Below are positions 9,077-18,923 of a stretch of DNA of 64,000 bases, in pieces. The first letter of the stretch is position 1; every line of letters starts with the position of its first letter. The position numbers and the translations under genes are program-made. Below the pieces are notes generated by a model. That model had not been told where the DNA came from. It saw only the letters and a list, made by a program, of their open reading frames with translations, and made no database searches. This stretch comes from a virus (taxonomy: Duplodnaviria; Caudoviricetes), in IMG/VR virus record IMGVR_UViG_3300032327_000953, positions 64,001-128,000 of that record; one strand, 5' to 3'.

Positions 9077-10339
9077 TTAGGCTGTTGTGCCAGTATCATT
9101 ACCATCAGTGCCACCACCAGTTCCGAATGTTGCTCCTCCATTGGTAGCAACACCAGTAGCAGTTCTACCACAAGTATTAAAACCACGACCATTATATGGT
9201 GCCTCTGTTACGTTATACTTTGCGCCTTGATCAACATAGAATGAATTATAGCCAGTGTAACTGTATGTTACGGTTACGTTACCGCCACCAGTATCGCCAC
9301 CACTATAATTAACACTTGTTAATCTGCTATTCTTACCTAGATAGAAATTCATGCCCTTCGCATCATCATTTCCATTGTCATCAGCAGTTGGTCCGCAAAG
9401 TCTCAAGAAAATTTCTCTTGGCTGTAAGTTACGAGTATTAGCTGCACAAGCTCCGCTCTTTAGGAAGTCAGAGGCACTAACGTCAAACTCTGTACCAATA
9501 ACTTCGAATTCGCTAGTTACCTCAAGAGGAACATTAACGAAGCGAGTATATGGAGCACGACTACCTAGCTGATAGAGTGGCTCACGACCAAGATCGCAAC
9601 TAACTGTTAGATTAGTAATATGTGGAACAACGTACTTTTGTCCATCCCATGGCATAATGATACCACCATCCCATGAGGTTGTGCCAGTTGGAAGTACTGA
9701 ATTGCCTAGATCAATATTCCATCTTCTGGCAATACCAGTAGCTCTTAGATTATCAAAACCTGTTGTTGTTCCAGCAGTTGGGTGAACTTGATTGGCTCCA
9801 GCATTACTACCTAGAGCATCTTCATTATTGTACCATACTTTATTATTTCCAACGATAGTAGCTTCTTCTGTAAAGTTACCGTCAGTAGCAAAAGTATAGG
9901 TAATTGAAGATAAATACATGCCTGTCATCTTAACAACATAGCCTAGTGTGCCAGTAACATTCTGATTATCAATATCACTACCAACGAATAATCTTACATT
10001 GCATCTGCGAGGAGCAAGCTCAAGAACATTTTTACCAGTTGTAGAAGGAGTAGCTCCTGCGCCACCGAGTGCTAAAACATAAAGAGGATCAGTATAGTCA
10101 ATAACCTTATTTAAGGTAACTTCGATCTCGGGATTATCATCGAGAACGTCGTACTGATCGAATTCACCAAGTTGGAAAATATTCTCAAGGTTGAAATTAG
10201 TTGAAATACCAACGCTTTGTACGCCGAATACGCTTCTCCAAGCTCCCTCAGTTTCTGGAGTATCGTCAATACCAGGACCATTGACACCCTGCATTTGCAC
10301 TGCTTGTACGGCGTAATAAATTCTATTTGCACTTGCCAT
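9077..10339 (-). CDS. Major tail (tube) protein
   Basis: 420-aa beta-rich protein with tail-tube-like motifs (GVQSVGISTNFNLENIFQLG; LGREPLYQLGSRAPY); follows the head-tail genes and precedes TMP. Confidence 0.7.
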   Translation of the reverse strand: MASANRIYYAVQAVQMQGVNGPGIDDTPETEGAWRSVFGVQSVGISTNFNLENIFQLGEFDQYDVLDDNPEIEVTLNKVIDYTDPLYVLALGGAGATPSTTGKNVLELAPRRCNVRLFVGSDIDNQNVTGTLGYVVKMTGMYLSSITYTFATDGNFTEEATIVGNNKVWYNNEDALGSNAGANQVHPTAGTTTGFDNLRATGIARRWNIDLGNSVLPTGTTSWDGGIIMPWDGQKYVVPHITNLTVSCDLGREPLYQLGSRAPYTRFVNVPLEVTSEFEVIGTEFDVSASDFLKSGACAANTRNLQPREIFLRLCGPTADDNGNDDAKGMNFYLGKNSRLTSVNYSGGDTGGGNVTVTYSYTGYNSFYVDQGAKYNVTEAPYNGRGFNTCGRTATGVATNGGATFGTGGGTDGNDTGTTA

Positions 10340-10429
10340 TTCACACCTCTTATGAGTATTTGTAAGATTATTTGAATGTAGGCTTCATTACCAACTAATA
10401 GTACACCAAGAATTTGTAAATTTTTACAA

Positions 10430-11380
10430 TTAGACTATGATCTCCAAGTCTAGTCTAATAGTTGAGTAATAAATACTTAAATTTAGCACATCCATATCCA
10501 TTACGGAAACATTGTTAATATAACCATTTCTCCATAAATATTCACTATCATCACTAACTAATTGATCATAATTTTGACCAGATAAATTTTTTGAACCATT
10601 AGGATTTAGCGAATATATTTTGTTTTTTACCACTTTACTCAAGTCATATAATCTAATATTTTTGTCTTTTTGCAGTCTAATAATATCCACTATATTGTTC
10701 TTCTCAACATAATTTTCAGCAAAAACATGTAATAAAACGCTCTGATTGGCCCAATACTTTGTGGACCCTAACTCATATCCTTTAAAATCAGATCTTGATA
10801 TTGGTTCTACAATAATTGTGGGTAATTGTATTCTGTGGTTTGCGGGGATATTCTTATCAACATCTCCGGTCTTAAATGTATATTCTTGTAGATATTTCCA
10901 GTCAGAAAAGCTATCGTTAGATTTGTATGTTTGTATGCTCTTGAATGAATAGTTCATTTGAACATCTGTTGTGGTGCTAATAGGATTATTAAATATGACC
11001 CTACCTAGCTCATAATTGAAAGAATATGGATAAGTTACATTTCCAGTAGGGCCAGGAATAAATGCATTATTAACATAAATTCCACTAATAGTTATTGGAG
11101 AGGATTCACTATACATAATTCCAGACTCATAAACCCATTGTTTTTTAAAAGTCTCCCAAACTTTACCATTGGCATAAGCAGGATCGGTAACAACTGATAG
11201 TTTGTGAAATCCCGCCGTATTATTGATATTATTTGTGGGCCTATTAATATTTACAAATCCACCAATATTTAAGAATCCCCAGTCTAGAAAGTGTTTGATA
11301 TTATGTTCTAGTTGAGTATATAGCAGATATTGACCAAGACTTTCTACATTTTGAAAGTGTGATTGATAATTGCAACTCAT
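10430..11380 (-). CDS. Putative tail terminator/completion protein
   Basis: C-terminal LPTIIVE...VLLHVFAEN pattern; immediately upstream of the major tail gene. Confidence 0.5.
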   Translation of the reverse strand: MSCNYQSHFQNVESLGQYLLYTQLEHNIKHFLDWGFLNIGGFVNINRPTNNINNTAGFHKLSVVTDPAYANGKVWETFKKQWVYESGIMYSESSPITISGIYVNNAFIPGPTGNVTYPYSFNYELGRVIFNNPISTTTDVQMNYSFKSIQTYKSNDSFSDWKYLQEYTFKTGDVDKNIPANHRIQLPTIIVEPISRSDFKGYELGSTKYWANQSVLLHVFAENYVEKNNIVDIIRLQKDKNIRLYDLSKVVKNKIYSLNPNGSKNLSGQNYDQLVSDDSEYLWRNGYINNVSVMDMDVLNLSIYYSTIRLDLEIIV

Positions 11381-12051
11381 ATAATTGCTCTTTCTATTTC
11401 TTCTTGTATAATATTACTAATAGATTCATCTAGAGAGTCTATGGCTCTTGTTGCCCAATTATTAGATATTGTTCCGGCGAATTCTGGGGGAACTCTCCAA
11501 TTGCTAGACTTATCTTTTTTCATAATGGCAAATCCAGTTCTGGAAGCTCTATTTGGTCCAAATACCACAGAATAATCTTTTACTATAATTTTTCCACCAT
11601 CTAATAATAGCCATTTAAGCCAAGGTAAAGAATAACCATTGGATTCATCTGTTACGGTTGCGGCTGGCAGCATCAGCACATCTGCAAAATCTGAAGATAT
11701 CATTGATAGTGAGAATCCACCAGATAATCCCTGATTATTCATTTTTATTATGCTTTTTTCTAATGACATATTATTAATCCAGGTATCGATAATAGAATCT
11801 GCCCTATTCTGAGAATCTGGAACTCCAAGTTCATATCTTAGATTTCCTCTGGTTAAAGCCTCATATTCTGGTTGAGCTTGCAAGGCATTTTTTACAGCAG
11901 CTCTAATTTTTGTCTGTATCTTGGGGATTGAGGAATTGAATACGTCTTGCATTTGATCTTTCAAACTCTCTAAGATCATTTTGCGTATTTGACTATCAGA
12001 TTCAACAAGTTTGAGGTTATATCTCACTATGTTTGTCTCCAAATAGCCCAC
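11377..12051 (-). CDS. Putative neck/tail completion protein
   Basis: Synteny within the head-tail block; PWLKWLLLDG and WRVPPEFAGT motifs. Confidence 0.45.
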   Translation of the reverse strand: MGYLETNIVRYNLKLVESDSQIRKMILESLKDQMQDVFNSSIPKIQTKIRAAVKNALQAQPEYEALTRGNLRYELGVPDSQNRADSIIDTWINNMSLEKSIIKMNNQGLSGGFSLSMISSDFADVLMLPAATVTDESNGYSLPWLKWLLLDGGKIIVKDYSVVFGPNRASRTGFAIMKKDKSSNWRVPPEFAGTISNNWATRAIDSLDESISNIIQEEIERAII

Positions 12052-12530
12052 ACATAATTGGTATCTCCAAAACCAACTACTTGTGGACCTCCACCTAAAG
12101 TGTATGTGGCGTTGTCTTCGGAGCCAAAAGTAATATAATCAGCACTAGTTAGTTTATTAACAAGTTCAGCTTTACAAAGAGTTTGAACAGTACCACCATC
12201 CGGAATTCTCATTGTTTTTGAACCCCAATCATACCAAGGACTAATATTAGCTAATACTGCTAGATATATAATTTCCACATTGCTACTAGACATATATCCT
12301 TTACCTAGACATACTGGACATATGGAATTATCTTCGAATGGATTAGAACCAGTACCATTGTATACGTTAGAAGATCTATTAGCAATTGGGTCAATCTCGC
12401 AATTATTGCAGTATACTGGCTTTGATGATCCATATTTAAGTTTGCATGGAATGGTCAGGGCAGTTTCTTCCAAAAGAGAATCTATGGCCTGATTAAATAG
12501 TTTTTTCATATCAGATGTGATAATGCTCAT
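12027..12530 (-). CDS. Putative head-closure protein with a Cys-rich (CxxC...CxxC) insert
   Basis: Synteny; YCNNC and ICPVC motifs. Confidence 0.4.
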   Translation of the reverse strand: MSIITSDMKKLFNQAIDSLLEETALTIPCKLKYGSSKPVYCNNCEIDPIANRSSNVYNGTGSNPFEDNSICPVCLGKGYMSSSNVEIIYLAVLANISPWYDWGSKTMRIPDGGTVQTLCKAELVNKLTSADYITFGSEDNATYTLGGGPQVVGFGDTNYVWAIWRQT

Positions 12531-12577
12531 GTAACCTCCAGAGTATGGGTCTATGTTCTATACACCGGGTAAACTAA

Positions 12578-13522
12578 TCAATTATAATATAGATCGTTCT
12601 TAATTTTAGTGTATTTTTTCCAAAAACCATTCTTGTTATTATGTTTCCAATTGATGAGCAAATGCTTTGGAGAAATCTGAAATTTAGTTCCAGAATATAA
12701 AATATTACTATCAATATAACATGTATTATCATAACAAGAAATTAAATCATACTTTGAAGAATTGTCTTTATGAACAAGTGTAATTTTACTATCAATATAA
12801 CCATTTGCAAATTGTAGATTTGATAAATTGATTATGTAACCAAAAATTCTCTCTAGTGAGTGTGGGATTTGTCCTTCTACAGAATCTGATATTGCTCCTT
12901 CTGGAAGCATCTTATAAACACTATCAATAATATCGTTTGTAAAATACCTTTTAAAAATTTTGGTACGTGACATAAAAATAGATCCGGCAAGAAATGACAA
13001 ATCATGCCTAGCTATCTGCTCTACTGGAATATGTAGATAATTATGTAAAATCTGGTATATTAACTCTGTGTTAAATCCTTCTCTTTCTCTATCAAGTAGT
13101 AGTCCCGTATTTCCTATTGCTCCTATGGAACTATTGAAATTCATAAGATCAATATTATTATGAAAAATATCTTCGTTACCTATTAGAGAATTAACAAGAA
13201 GACTTCTCCAAGAAATATTTTTATGAATACCCCACAAAGATTTTTTAGAGTGTAGTTTAATAAAATATGGATATTCATCTTCATCTAGTTCTTTAAGCTG
13301 TAATAAGAATGGCCCTATATCAACTCCCTTATTTGGAAAAACTAGTGTTTTGCAAGAGAATGATTCTTGGGCATCTTCTGATATTAAGGAGTTGTTCTTA
13401 CATAAATCATCTGAGGAAAGAGCTAAGAACAAATCTATTTCAGATTTAATTGGTTCTAGTAGCTGTTTGTATTCTTTCCAGAGTGCCGTATCATATAAGT
13501 ACAATAATACTGCTGTTTTCAT
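12578..13522 (-). CDS. Rhamnan synthesis protein F (RgpF)-like glycosyltransferase
   Basis: PNKGVDIGPFL, KLHSKKS, FLAGSIFMSR and HSLERIFG motifs typical of the RgpF family. Confidence 0.75.
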   Translation of the reverse strand: MKTAVLLYLYDTALWKEYKQLLEPIKSEIDLFLALSSDDLCKNNSLISEDAQESFSCKTLVFPNKGVDIGPFLLQLKELDEDEYPYFIKLHSKKSLWGIHKNISWRSLLVNSLIGNEDIFHNNIDLMNFNSSIGAIGNTGLLLDREREGFNTELIYQILHNYLHIPVEQIARHDLSFLAGSIFMSRTKIFKRYFTNDIIDSVYKMLPEGAISDSVEGQIPHSLERIFGYIINLSNLQFANGYIDSKITLVHKDNSSKYDLISCYDNTCYIDSNILYSGTKFQISPKHLLINWKHNNKNGFWKKYTKIKNDLYYN

Positions 13523-14061
13523 ACTTTATTGATAAACAGGGTTCCTGTCCATATTATATTTTTGCTATTAAGTCCATTAACAATAAAATTAAAAGATCCA
13601 GTAGTATTATCTATAGATAGAGATATAACAACGCTTTCCATACCAGAATCAACAAATGATGTTGTGGATGGTGATCCTACTATCGAAAGAGTACCGCTGC
13701 TATTTCTTTTTATTGCTCCTTGCATATTAAATGATGAACTAGTATCATCAGTAATATTATATGCTGAAATCATTGCTAAAAAGTTTTGAGTTGTGGATAG
13801 TGGTAGATATGTGCTGGAATCCACTAGGGAAAGAGTATATGAGGAATTATTTGTTGTTGTTCCTGATAGTTTGATTATTTCTTTTGGGGTATTGACTGGA
13901 CCAGTTTTTCCTCTTGGGCCTCTTGGGCCGGGTGGTCCTGGAATACCTTGCTTACCAGCTTGTCCTGGAGTACCAGAATTAAACTCAATAATAGTTGATT
14001 GTATAAAATTATCTATTATAGATAGCTTATCTGTTCCATTAATAAGAATTGCTTCTGCCAT
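13519..14061 (-). CDS. Virion-associated protein with a short collagen-like segment
   Basis: GTPGQAGKQGIPGPPGPRGPRGKTGP followed by a beta-rich domain. Confidence 0.55.
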   Translation of the reverse strand: MAEAILINGTDKLSIIDNFIQSTIIEFNSGTPGQAGKQGIPGPPGPRGPRGKTGPVNTPKEIIKLSGTTTNNSSYTLSLVDSSTYLPLSTTQNFLAMISAYNITDDTSSSFNMQGAIKRNSSGTLSIVGSPSTTSFVDSGMESVVISLSIDNTTGSFNFIVNGLNSKNIIWTGTLFINKV

Positions 14062-14063
14062 AA

Positions 14064-15488
14064 TTATTCTTCTGCTATATTATATTTTAATAGTTTAGGA
14101 TCATTAACTGTTCCAGTAATAGCACTATCTATTGTGAATGTGGTCTTGGCTGTTCCAGTAGAATATGATGGAGTTGAGTTGATCTTTCTGGTTGTGGCAA
14201 CAATGCCCGAACCATTATTATATTCAATAATAACAATATCTCCAGATGCTAATGCATATGTTATATCTCCATCAATAGAAACTGAAGTTCCTAATAGTGT
14301 TATATCTCTATGAAGATTACCACAAGCATTAAAGTTTAGTGAACTATTTGATGATTCATTTTGATAATACACAATAAGTTTTACAGCACCAACGAGACCT
14401 GAATCTTTTTCGTTATAGTCCACAGCATATAGTTTCCAGTCTCCAAATACATTCATTCCTTCGAATGTTTTTAATCCACTGCTGTATACAGTTATATTTT
14501 TATTACTGTCTGATGTATCAAATGCGCCAGAAGGTAATGGATATCTTAAAGATGCTGGATTAGAGCATCCTGGTAAAGTTACAGATAAGTTCTTATTATC
14601 TATTAATGTATTTTTATAGTCTGTTATATTCGATGTTGACGGAGAGGATCCATCTGGTCGAGCTACTGCATAATCTGATATTATAAAAGATACATTTTTT
14701 GGTTGGTTATTATAACTAAATTTGTTTTGATCTAATAGAATAACACCACTACCATTATGCACTAAAAGAACTCTTAAGTCTGTTGGATTAGAATGAGAAA
14801 AACCATCGAATAAAACGTCAATTCTCTCTATGGTTCTAGATTCTGTAACGCTTAAAGATGCTGGAAAAGGACTGCTTTTGCCATATGGATTTTCATTACC
14901 AGCAAGAATTCTATCTTTAAAATAAATGACAGATTCTGATGTGGACGTATTGTATACTGGGAAAATATTAGCATTTCCGCCAATAAATTCACAAGGAGAT
15001 CCAACACAACTATCCAATATGCTGTAACTTGATAGATCCTGTTCTGCTCCAAAAATAGTTTGAGCATCTTCTGTAAGAGAGCATGAAGGTAAAGATGCTG
15101 CTGGAATAAGACGTTTTTTAATAGTGATAGTTCCTTGAACAAGTCTTTTAACAATTCTGGATCCGCCATTATAGAACAAATCAGGATAAGTAATTTCTAG
15201 TTCGTAGTTAGCAGTAGGCCAGGTATAACTATTGGTCGTTTCTGCTGGTAGTCTTAGAGAGATGAGTCCTTTCTCTGGAAACATTCTTAATGAATATGCT
15301 GTGGTTGTGGTATTTCCTGTTGTGGTCAATGTGATAAGATCAGTATTTGGTCCACTTAAAGGCTTAATACGTAATACAACACAACAGTTAGAAATATCCA
15401 TAGCGATATTAGAAGTATTTAGATAACTAAAATCTATGGCAAAAATTGTGCCTTGTTCTATAATAAAATTATATTCTGTTGCTGCCAT
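14064..15488 (-). CDS. Structural protein: BppU-like N-terminal domain plus proprotein-convertase P-domain-like module
   Basis: N-terminal IIEQGTIF motif (shared with 31381..31785); FSHSNPTDLRVLLVH and GDWKLYAVDYNEKDSG resemble the P-domain pattern. Confidence 0.55.
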   Translation of the reverse strand: MAATEYNFIIEQGTIFAIDFSYLNTSNIAMDISNCCVVLRIKPLSGPNTDLITLTTTGNTTTTAYSLRMFPEKGLISLRLPAETTNSYTWPTANYELEITYPDLFYNGGSRIVKRLVQGTITIKKRLIPAASLPSCSLTEDAQTIFGAEQDLSSYSILDSCVGSPCEFIGGNANIFPVYNTSTSESVIYFKDRILAGNENPYGKSSPFPASLSVTESRTIERIDVLFDGFSHSNPTDLRVLLVHNGSGVILLDQNKFSYNNQPKNVSFIISDYAVARPDGSSPSTSNITDYKNTLIDNKNLSVTLPGCSNPASLRYPLPSGAFDTSDSNKNITVYSSGLKTFEGMNVFGDWKLYAVDYNEKDSGLVGAVKLIVYYQNESSNSSLNFNACGNLHRDITLLGTSVSIDGDITYALASGDIVIIEYNNGSGIVATTRKINSTPSYSTGTAKTTFTIDSAITGTVNDPKLLKYNIAEE

Positions 15489-16003
15489 TATGAGTACATG
15501 TCTCTACTTCTATAAGGATTAACGTGTAATGTTCTTGGATCAAATTTATTACCAACGAATGGACTAAGAACAGCTCTGATAGCACTAGCCTCTTTAACAT
15601 CCCAATGTGAAACTAATTCATCATACGCGGCACATGGTCCCTCTTCTATAATCATTTTAATTCCAGCAAGACTCCCAGCAACACTTAATTGTGCTGGTCC
15701 CAAAGCTGCGCGAATACCCTCAAGTGCAGCTTTTGTTCTCAAAACACTTTGATCTATTATACAGGCTGTTTTTAAAGATACTAAGCTTATGAAAATACTA
15801 TCATCATATGATGTTGGATCTGGGATGATGGCTGGTTTGACCACATTAACAGTATATTTATTATCCAATGAAACATCAAATTGTACATATTTTGCCGCAA
15901 CAGCAATAACTTGAAGTATTCTTTCATCAGAATATGTTGGAGTTTCTGATAAGTCGTTAATAAGAGTTCTTACAATAATTGGAATTTCAGCTTTCCAAGA
16001 CAT
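15488..16003 (-). CDS. Putative head-tail adaptor/connector
   Basis: VRTLINDLSETPTYSDERI pattern; first gene of the head-tail block. Confidence 0.55.
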   Translation of the reverse strand: MSWKAEIPIIVRTLINDLSETPTYSDERILQVIAVAAKYVQFDVSLDNKYTVNVVKPAIIPDPTSYDDSIFISLVSLKTACIIDQSVLRTKAALEGIRAALGPAQLSVAGSLAGIKMIIEEGPCAAYDELVSHWDVKEASAIRAVLSPFVGNKFDPRTLHVNPYRSRDMYS

Positions 16004-16118
16004 ATTTAAACCCTATGGGGGAAAATGGTAATAACTATAAATACACCTTATATTTGCTCTTATTTATGAATGTGTTGCTTATTTGAATATTTTAAGATAA
16101 TTGGCTAATATGTATATT

Positions 16119-16147
16119 TTGACCAACGGTATGTTTCTTGCTATAAT
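16119..16147 (+). promoter_or_regulatory. sigma70-type promoter for the inverted methyltransferase gene
   Basis: TTGACC-N17-TATAAT with an extended -10 TG. Confidence 0.65.
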
Positions 16148-16182
16148 GAGTGATAGTCATAAAAAAGCAACTGGAGGAATCA

Positions 16183-16722
16183 ATGTCGTCATCTTTAACT
16201 TTAAAGCAAATTTGTTCAATATATGCTACAGATAAGAATTGTCTGCATTGTTATGTGGACGAAGCTTATGAGGAATTACTTAAAGAAGTAAGATACTCTG
16301 CCAATAAAGTTTTAGAAATTGGAGCATATAACGGGGCTAGTATAATGATGTGGAAGGACTATTTTACTAAAGCCGAAATTTTTACAATAGATAATGTACC
16401 ATGTCCCCAGATATCCGGGAGAGAAAGAATTCATGCTTTACTCGGAGATGCCTATAGCTATGAGACTCTAAAAGAGCTACCCAATGATTTTGATGTCATA
16501 ATAGAAGATGGATCTCATAAGATTGAGGATATGAGTTTTGTGGTTGTTGAATATGTTAAAAAACTCAAGCCAAATGGAGTATTGGTCGTAGAAGATATTC
16601 CAGATTTTAATTGGACTAATATATTAAAAAATCTGATACCGGACAACTATAAAGTTGAGGTAAGAGATCTTAGAAGAGTTCGTGGTCGTTATGACGATAT
16701 ATTAATGATTATTAGGGCTTAG
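16183..16722 (+). CDS. Class I SAM-dependent methyltransferase (Methyltransf_24-like)
   Basis: VLEIGAYNGAS motif I and DVIIEDGSH; GGAGGA RBS supports the start at 16183. Confidence 0.8.
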   Translation: MSSSLTLKQICSIYATDKNCLHCYVDEAYEELLKEVRYSANKVLEIGAYNGASIMMWKDYFTKAEIFTIDNVPCPQISGRERIHALLGDAYSYETLKELPNDFDVIIEDGSHKIEDMSFVVVEYVKKLKPNGVLVVEDIPDFNWTNILKNLIPDNYKVEVRDLRRVRGRYDDILMIIRA

Positions 16723-17155
16723 GATACTTAGCTTTAACCGAAGCTATCTTAGCTTGCATATCTAAAAAGGCTTGTGAAGTCATACCCTTCCACATAGCAT
16801 CTAGTTGATCTCCTAATGATGGATATTCATTCCTTCGTAAAGCATAATAGTCGGGAATAGATGGTTTGACTATTTCTTCTTTACTGATAGGAACTTCCGT
16901 TGATTGTCCTGTCATAGGGTCATCAATAGTTTTTGTTTTGGGTTCTAGTTCTGTCCAAGCTAGTTCTTTCTGGTCTATATCGTTAAGGATAGACTGTTGA
17001 GCAGATTCTAGGAATTGGTCGATATTTTCTATATTAGGTGGAATAAAAATTTGCCAATTATAAGTATTATCATTATGTTGAACTTCAATATAGGCAAGAG
17101 CCCTATTTTCATCTGGTAAGTTGGATGCTAATCCTACTAAATTAATATTAGACAT
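16712..17155 (-). CDS. Putative tail-fibre-associated/assembly protein
   Basis: C-terminal YYALRRNEYPSLGDQLDAMW...KAKYPKP motif common in phage fibre-associated proteins; AGGAGG RBS supports the start at 17155. Confidence 0.5.
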   Translation of the reverse strand: MSNINLVGLASNLPDENRALAYIEVQHNDNTYNWQIFIPPNIENIDQFLESAQQSILNDIDQKELAWTELEPKTKTIDDPMTGQSTEVPISKEEIVKPSIPDYYALRRNEYPSLGDQLDAMWKGMTSQAFLDMQAKIASVKAKYPKP

Positions 17156-17981
17156 TTTCTTCCTCCTTATGGTTGGAACCCTTGGGTAGTCTTTCGTGCC
17201 ATCTCTTGTCAAGATATGATCTATCTACTTCTGTTAATACTCCATTCACTGGAATATTAGTGTGGTAGTTGGTAAGATCAACATCTGGGTGGGCGGTATA
17301 TTTTCCACTAGCCAAGTCAATATGTAAACATTGAACATTAGTATCCACTAGTATTTGAGTACCCCTCTTATGAATTCGATGCATAAAGAAGTTATCTTCT
17401 CCAATAAAAGGAATATCTTCGGCAACCCCGTTAGCAATACAACAGAATGGTAGTTCTGGTTCTTCTTCTTTCATCTGCTTCAAAATCTCTACAGGAATAA
17501 GCATAGCATCCATTCCACACATATGAGCTTTTAGTAATTGTCCCGGATCAACATTTGGTACAATAATCCAATTTTTTTCTTTGGTCATAATCATAGCATC
17601 ACCAAGTTTGATATAATAAACTCCAACAATTATACTGCCAGGATTTTCTTCAGCAGTTTTATGCAGTGTCTTGAAGGCGTGGTAAGGAACGACAGTGTCT
17701 TCGCCAATAAAAAACATATATTTAGCATTACTCTCTAATACCTGTTCAATCAAATAATTTCGTGCAACATCTACCTTCTCTCCATAGATATCACAAAATC
17801 CATGAGAAAATCCGTGAAGATCAACATGCTCTTCTCCTAGTCCTTGGCGACCATTAAACTTTTGTGCGGGTTCTTCGTTCTCGCACCTTCTTGGTTGGGC
17901 AATAACTACGTAAGGAGCTATATCTTTAGAGGTTTCAACAATATCTCTAAGAGTTTCCATTATTTTATCTTTACTATACAT
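17148..17981 (-). CDS. GT-A fold (GT2-like) glycosyltransferase
   Basis: VDVARNYLIEQVL, YMFFIGEDTV and GEDNFFMHR motifs. Confidence 0.65.
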   Translation of the reverse strand: MYSKDKIMETLRDIVETSKDIAPYVVIAQPRRCENEEPAQKFNGRQGLGEEHVDLHGFSHGFCDIYGEKVDVARNYLIEQVLESNAKYMFFIGEDTVVPYHAFKTLHKTAEENPGSIIVGVYYIKLGDAMIMTKEKNWIIVPNVDPGQLLKAHMCGMDAMLIPVEILKQMKEEEPELPFCCIANGVAEDIPFIGEDNFFMHRIHKRGTQILVDTNVQCLHIDLASGKYTAHPDVDLTNYHTNIPVNGVLTEVDRSYLDKRWHERLPKGSNHKEEENV

Positions 17982-17996
17982 AATCTTATTTCCTTA

Positions 17997-18407
17997 TTAT
18001 AACTTATTAAAAAATGAACTTAATGCTATATTTTTAAAATCAAATCCAGATAATGTGCTAATTTTTGTTCCATTAGCTGCCGAGTATGGAATGAATTGAA
18101 TATCTCCAGTAGATGTCAATACTCCTCCATAATAAGCTCCAGTTGAACTACTATATAATAAGCTATATGTACTGACGGTGCCAGAAGAGTTTATTTTTTG
18201 TCCAACAGCAGCAGCATAAGGGATAAAGTGGACATCTCCATTTGGTGATAAAACACCACCTTGATAAGCACCACTACTATTAGTATATATTAAACTATAT
18301 GTACTAACTGTTCCACTACTATTAATTTTTTGACCAACAGCGGCTGCCGAAGGAACGAAATGAGTATCTCCATTTGCGGCTAAAACCCCACCAGCATAAA
18401 TACCCAT
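17997..18407 (-). CDS. C-terminal fragment (~3 blades) of a beta-propeller repeat protein
   Basis: Repeats of VSTYSLxY...YxGGVLxxNGDxHFIP ending in the SFFNKL tail seen in full-length paralogues. Confidence 0.7.
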   Translation of the reverse strand: MGIYAGGVLAANGDTHFVPSAAAVGQKINSSGTVSTYSLIYTNSSGAYQGGVLSPNGDVHFIPYAAAVGQKINSSGTVSTYSLLYSSSTGAYYGGVLTSTGDIQFIPYSAANGTKISTLSGFDFKNIALSSFFNKL

Positions 18408-18410
18408 AGT

Positions 18411-18920
18411 TTATAATTCTCCTTTTTGCAAACTTTGCCAAAGTAATATATCATTAAAATATATTTCTATTACTTTATTTTCTTGTTCTTTAGTTAATAT
18501 TGGTTTTTGAGATTCATCTACTGAGTCAAGTTTTGGTAATGGTACAGTGATTCCGATCCAATCTGCACATTCTTGTAGTTGATCTTCAAAACGAAAATAT
18601 TTTACAAAATTTCCACTTGGTAGAGGTTTATATCTTGGGTGACTTAATTGATATTCTACTGTCGAATTAGCATGAGCAACCATACTTTTAAATCTTTCAA
18701 TAGGATTTCTAACAATTATACCAACATTTTCTTGAGTTCCATCGAATGATAAGTCTTCTGGAAAGGCTGCTGCTGCGTGTGCGAAATTCTCAAGTGAGAT
18801 TTCTGGCCAGAATGTTTGCATAGCGGCCATTGCTATAGAATGACTAGCAGTTCGTGGGGCCAATAACAGATATTTTCCATTTGGAGCATGAAGAAGAAAT
18901 CCCATAAATAATCCTTTCAA
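18411..18920 (-). CDS. Sulfotransferase-like protein (Sulfotransfer_2-like)
   Basis: APRTASHSI (5'-PSB-like) and IVRNPIERFKS (3'-PB-like) motifs; paralogue of 28881..29456. Confidence 0.6.
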   Translation of the reverse strand: MKGLFMGFLLHAPNGKYLLLAPRTASHSIAMAAMQTFWPEISLENFAHAAAAFPEDLSFDGTQENVGIIVRNPIERFKSMVAHANSTVEYQLSHPRYKPLPSGNFVKYFRFEDQLQECADWIGITVPLPKLDSVDESQKPILTKEQENKVIEIYFNDILLWQSLQKGEL

Positions 18921-18923
18921 AAA

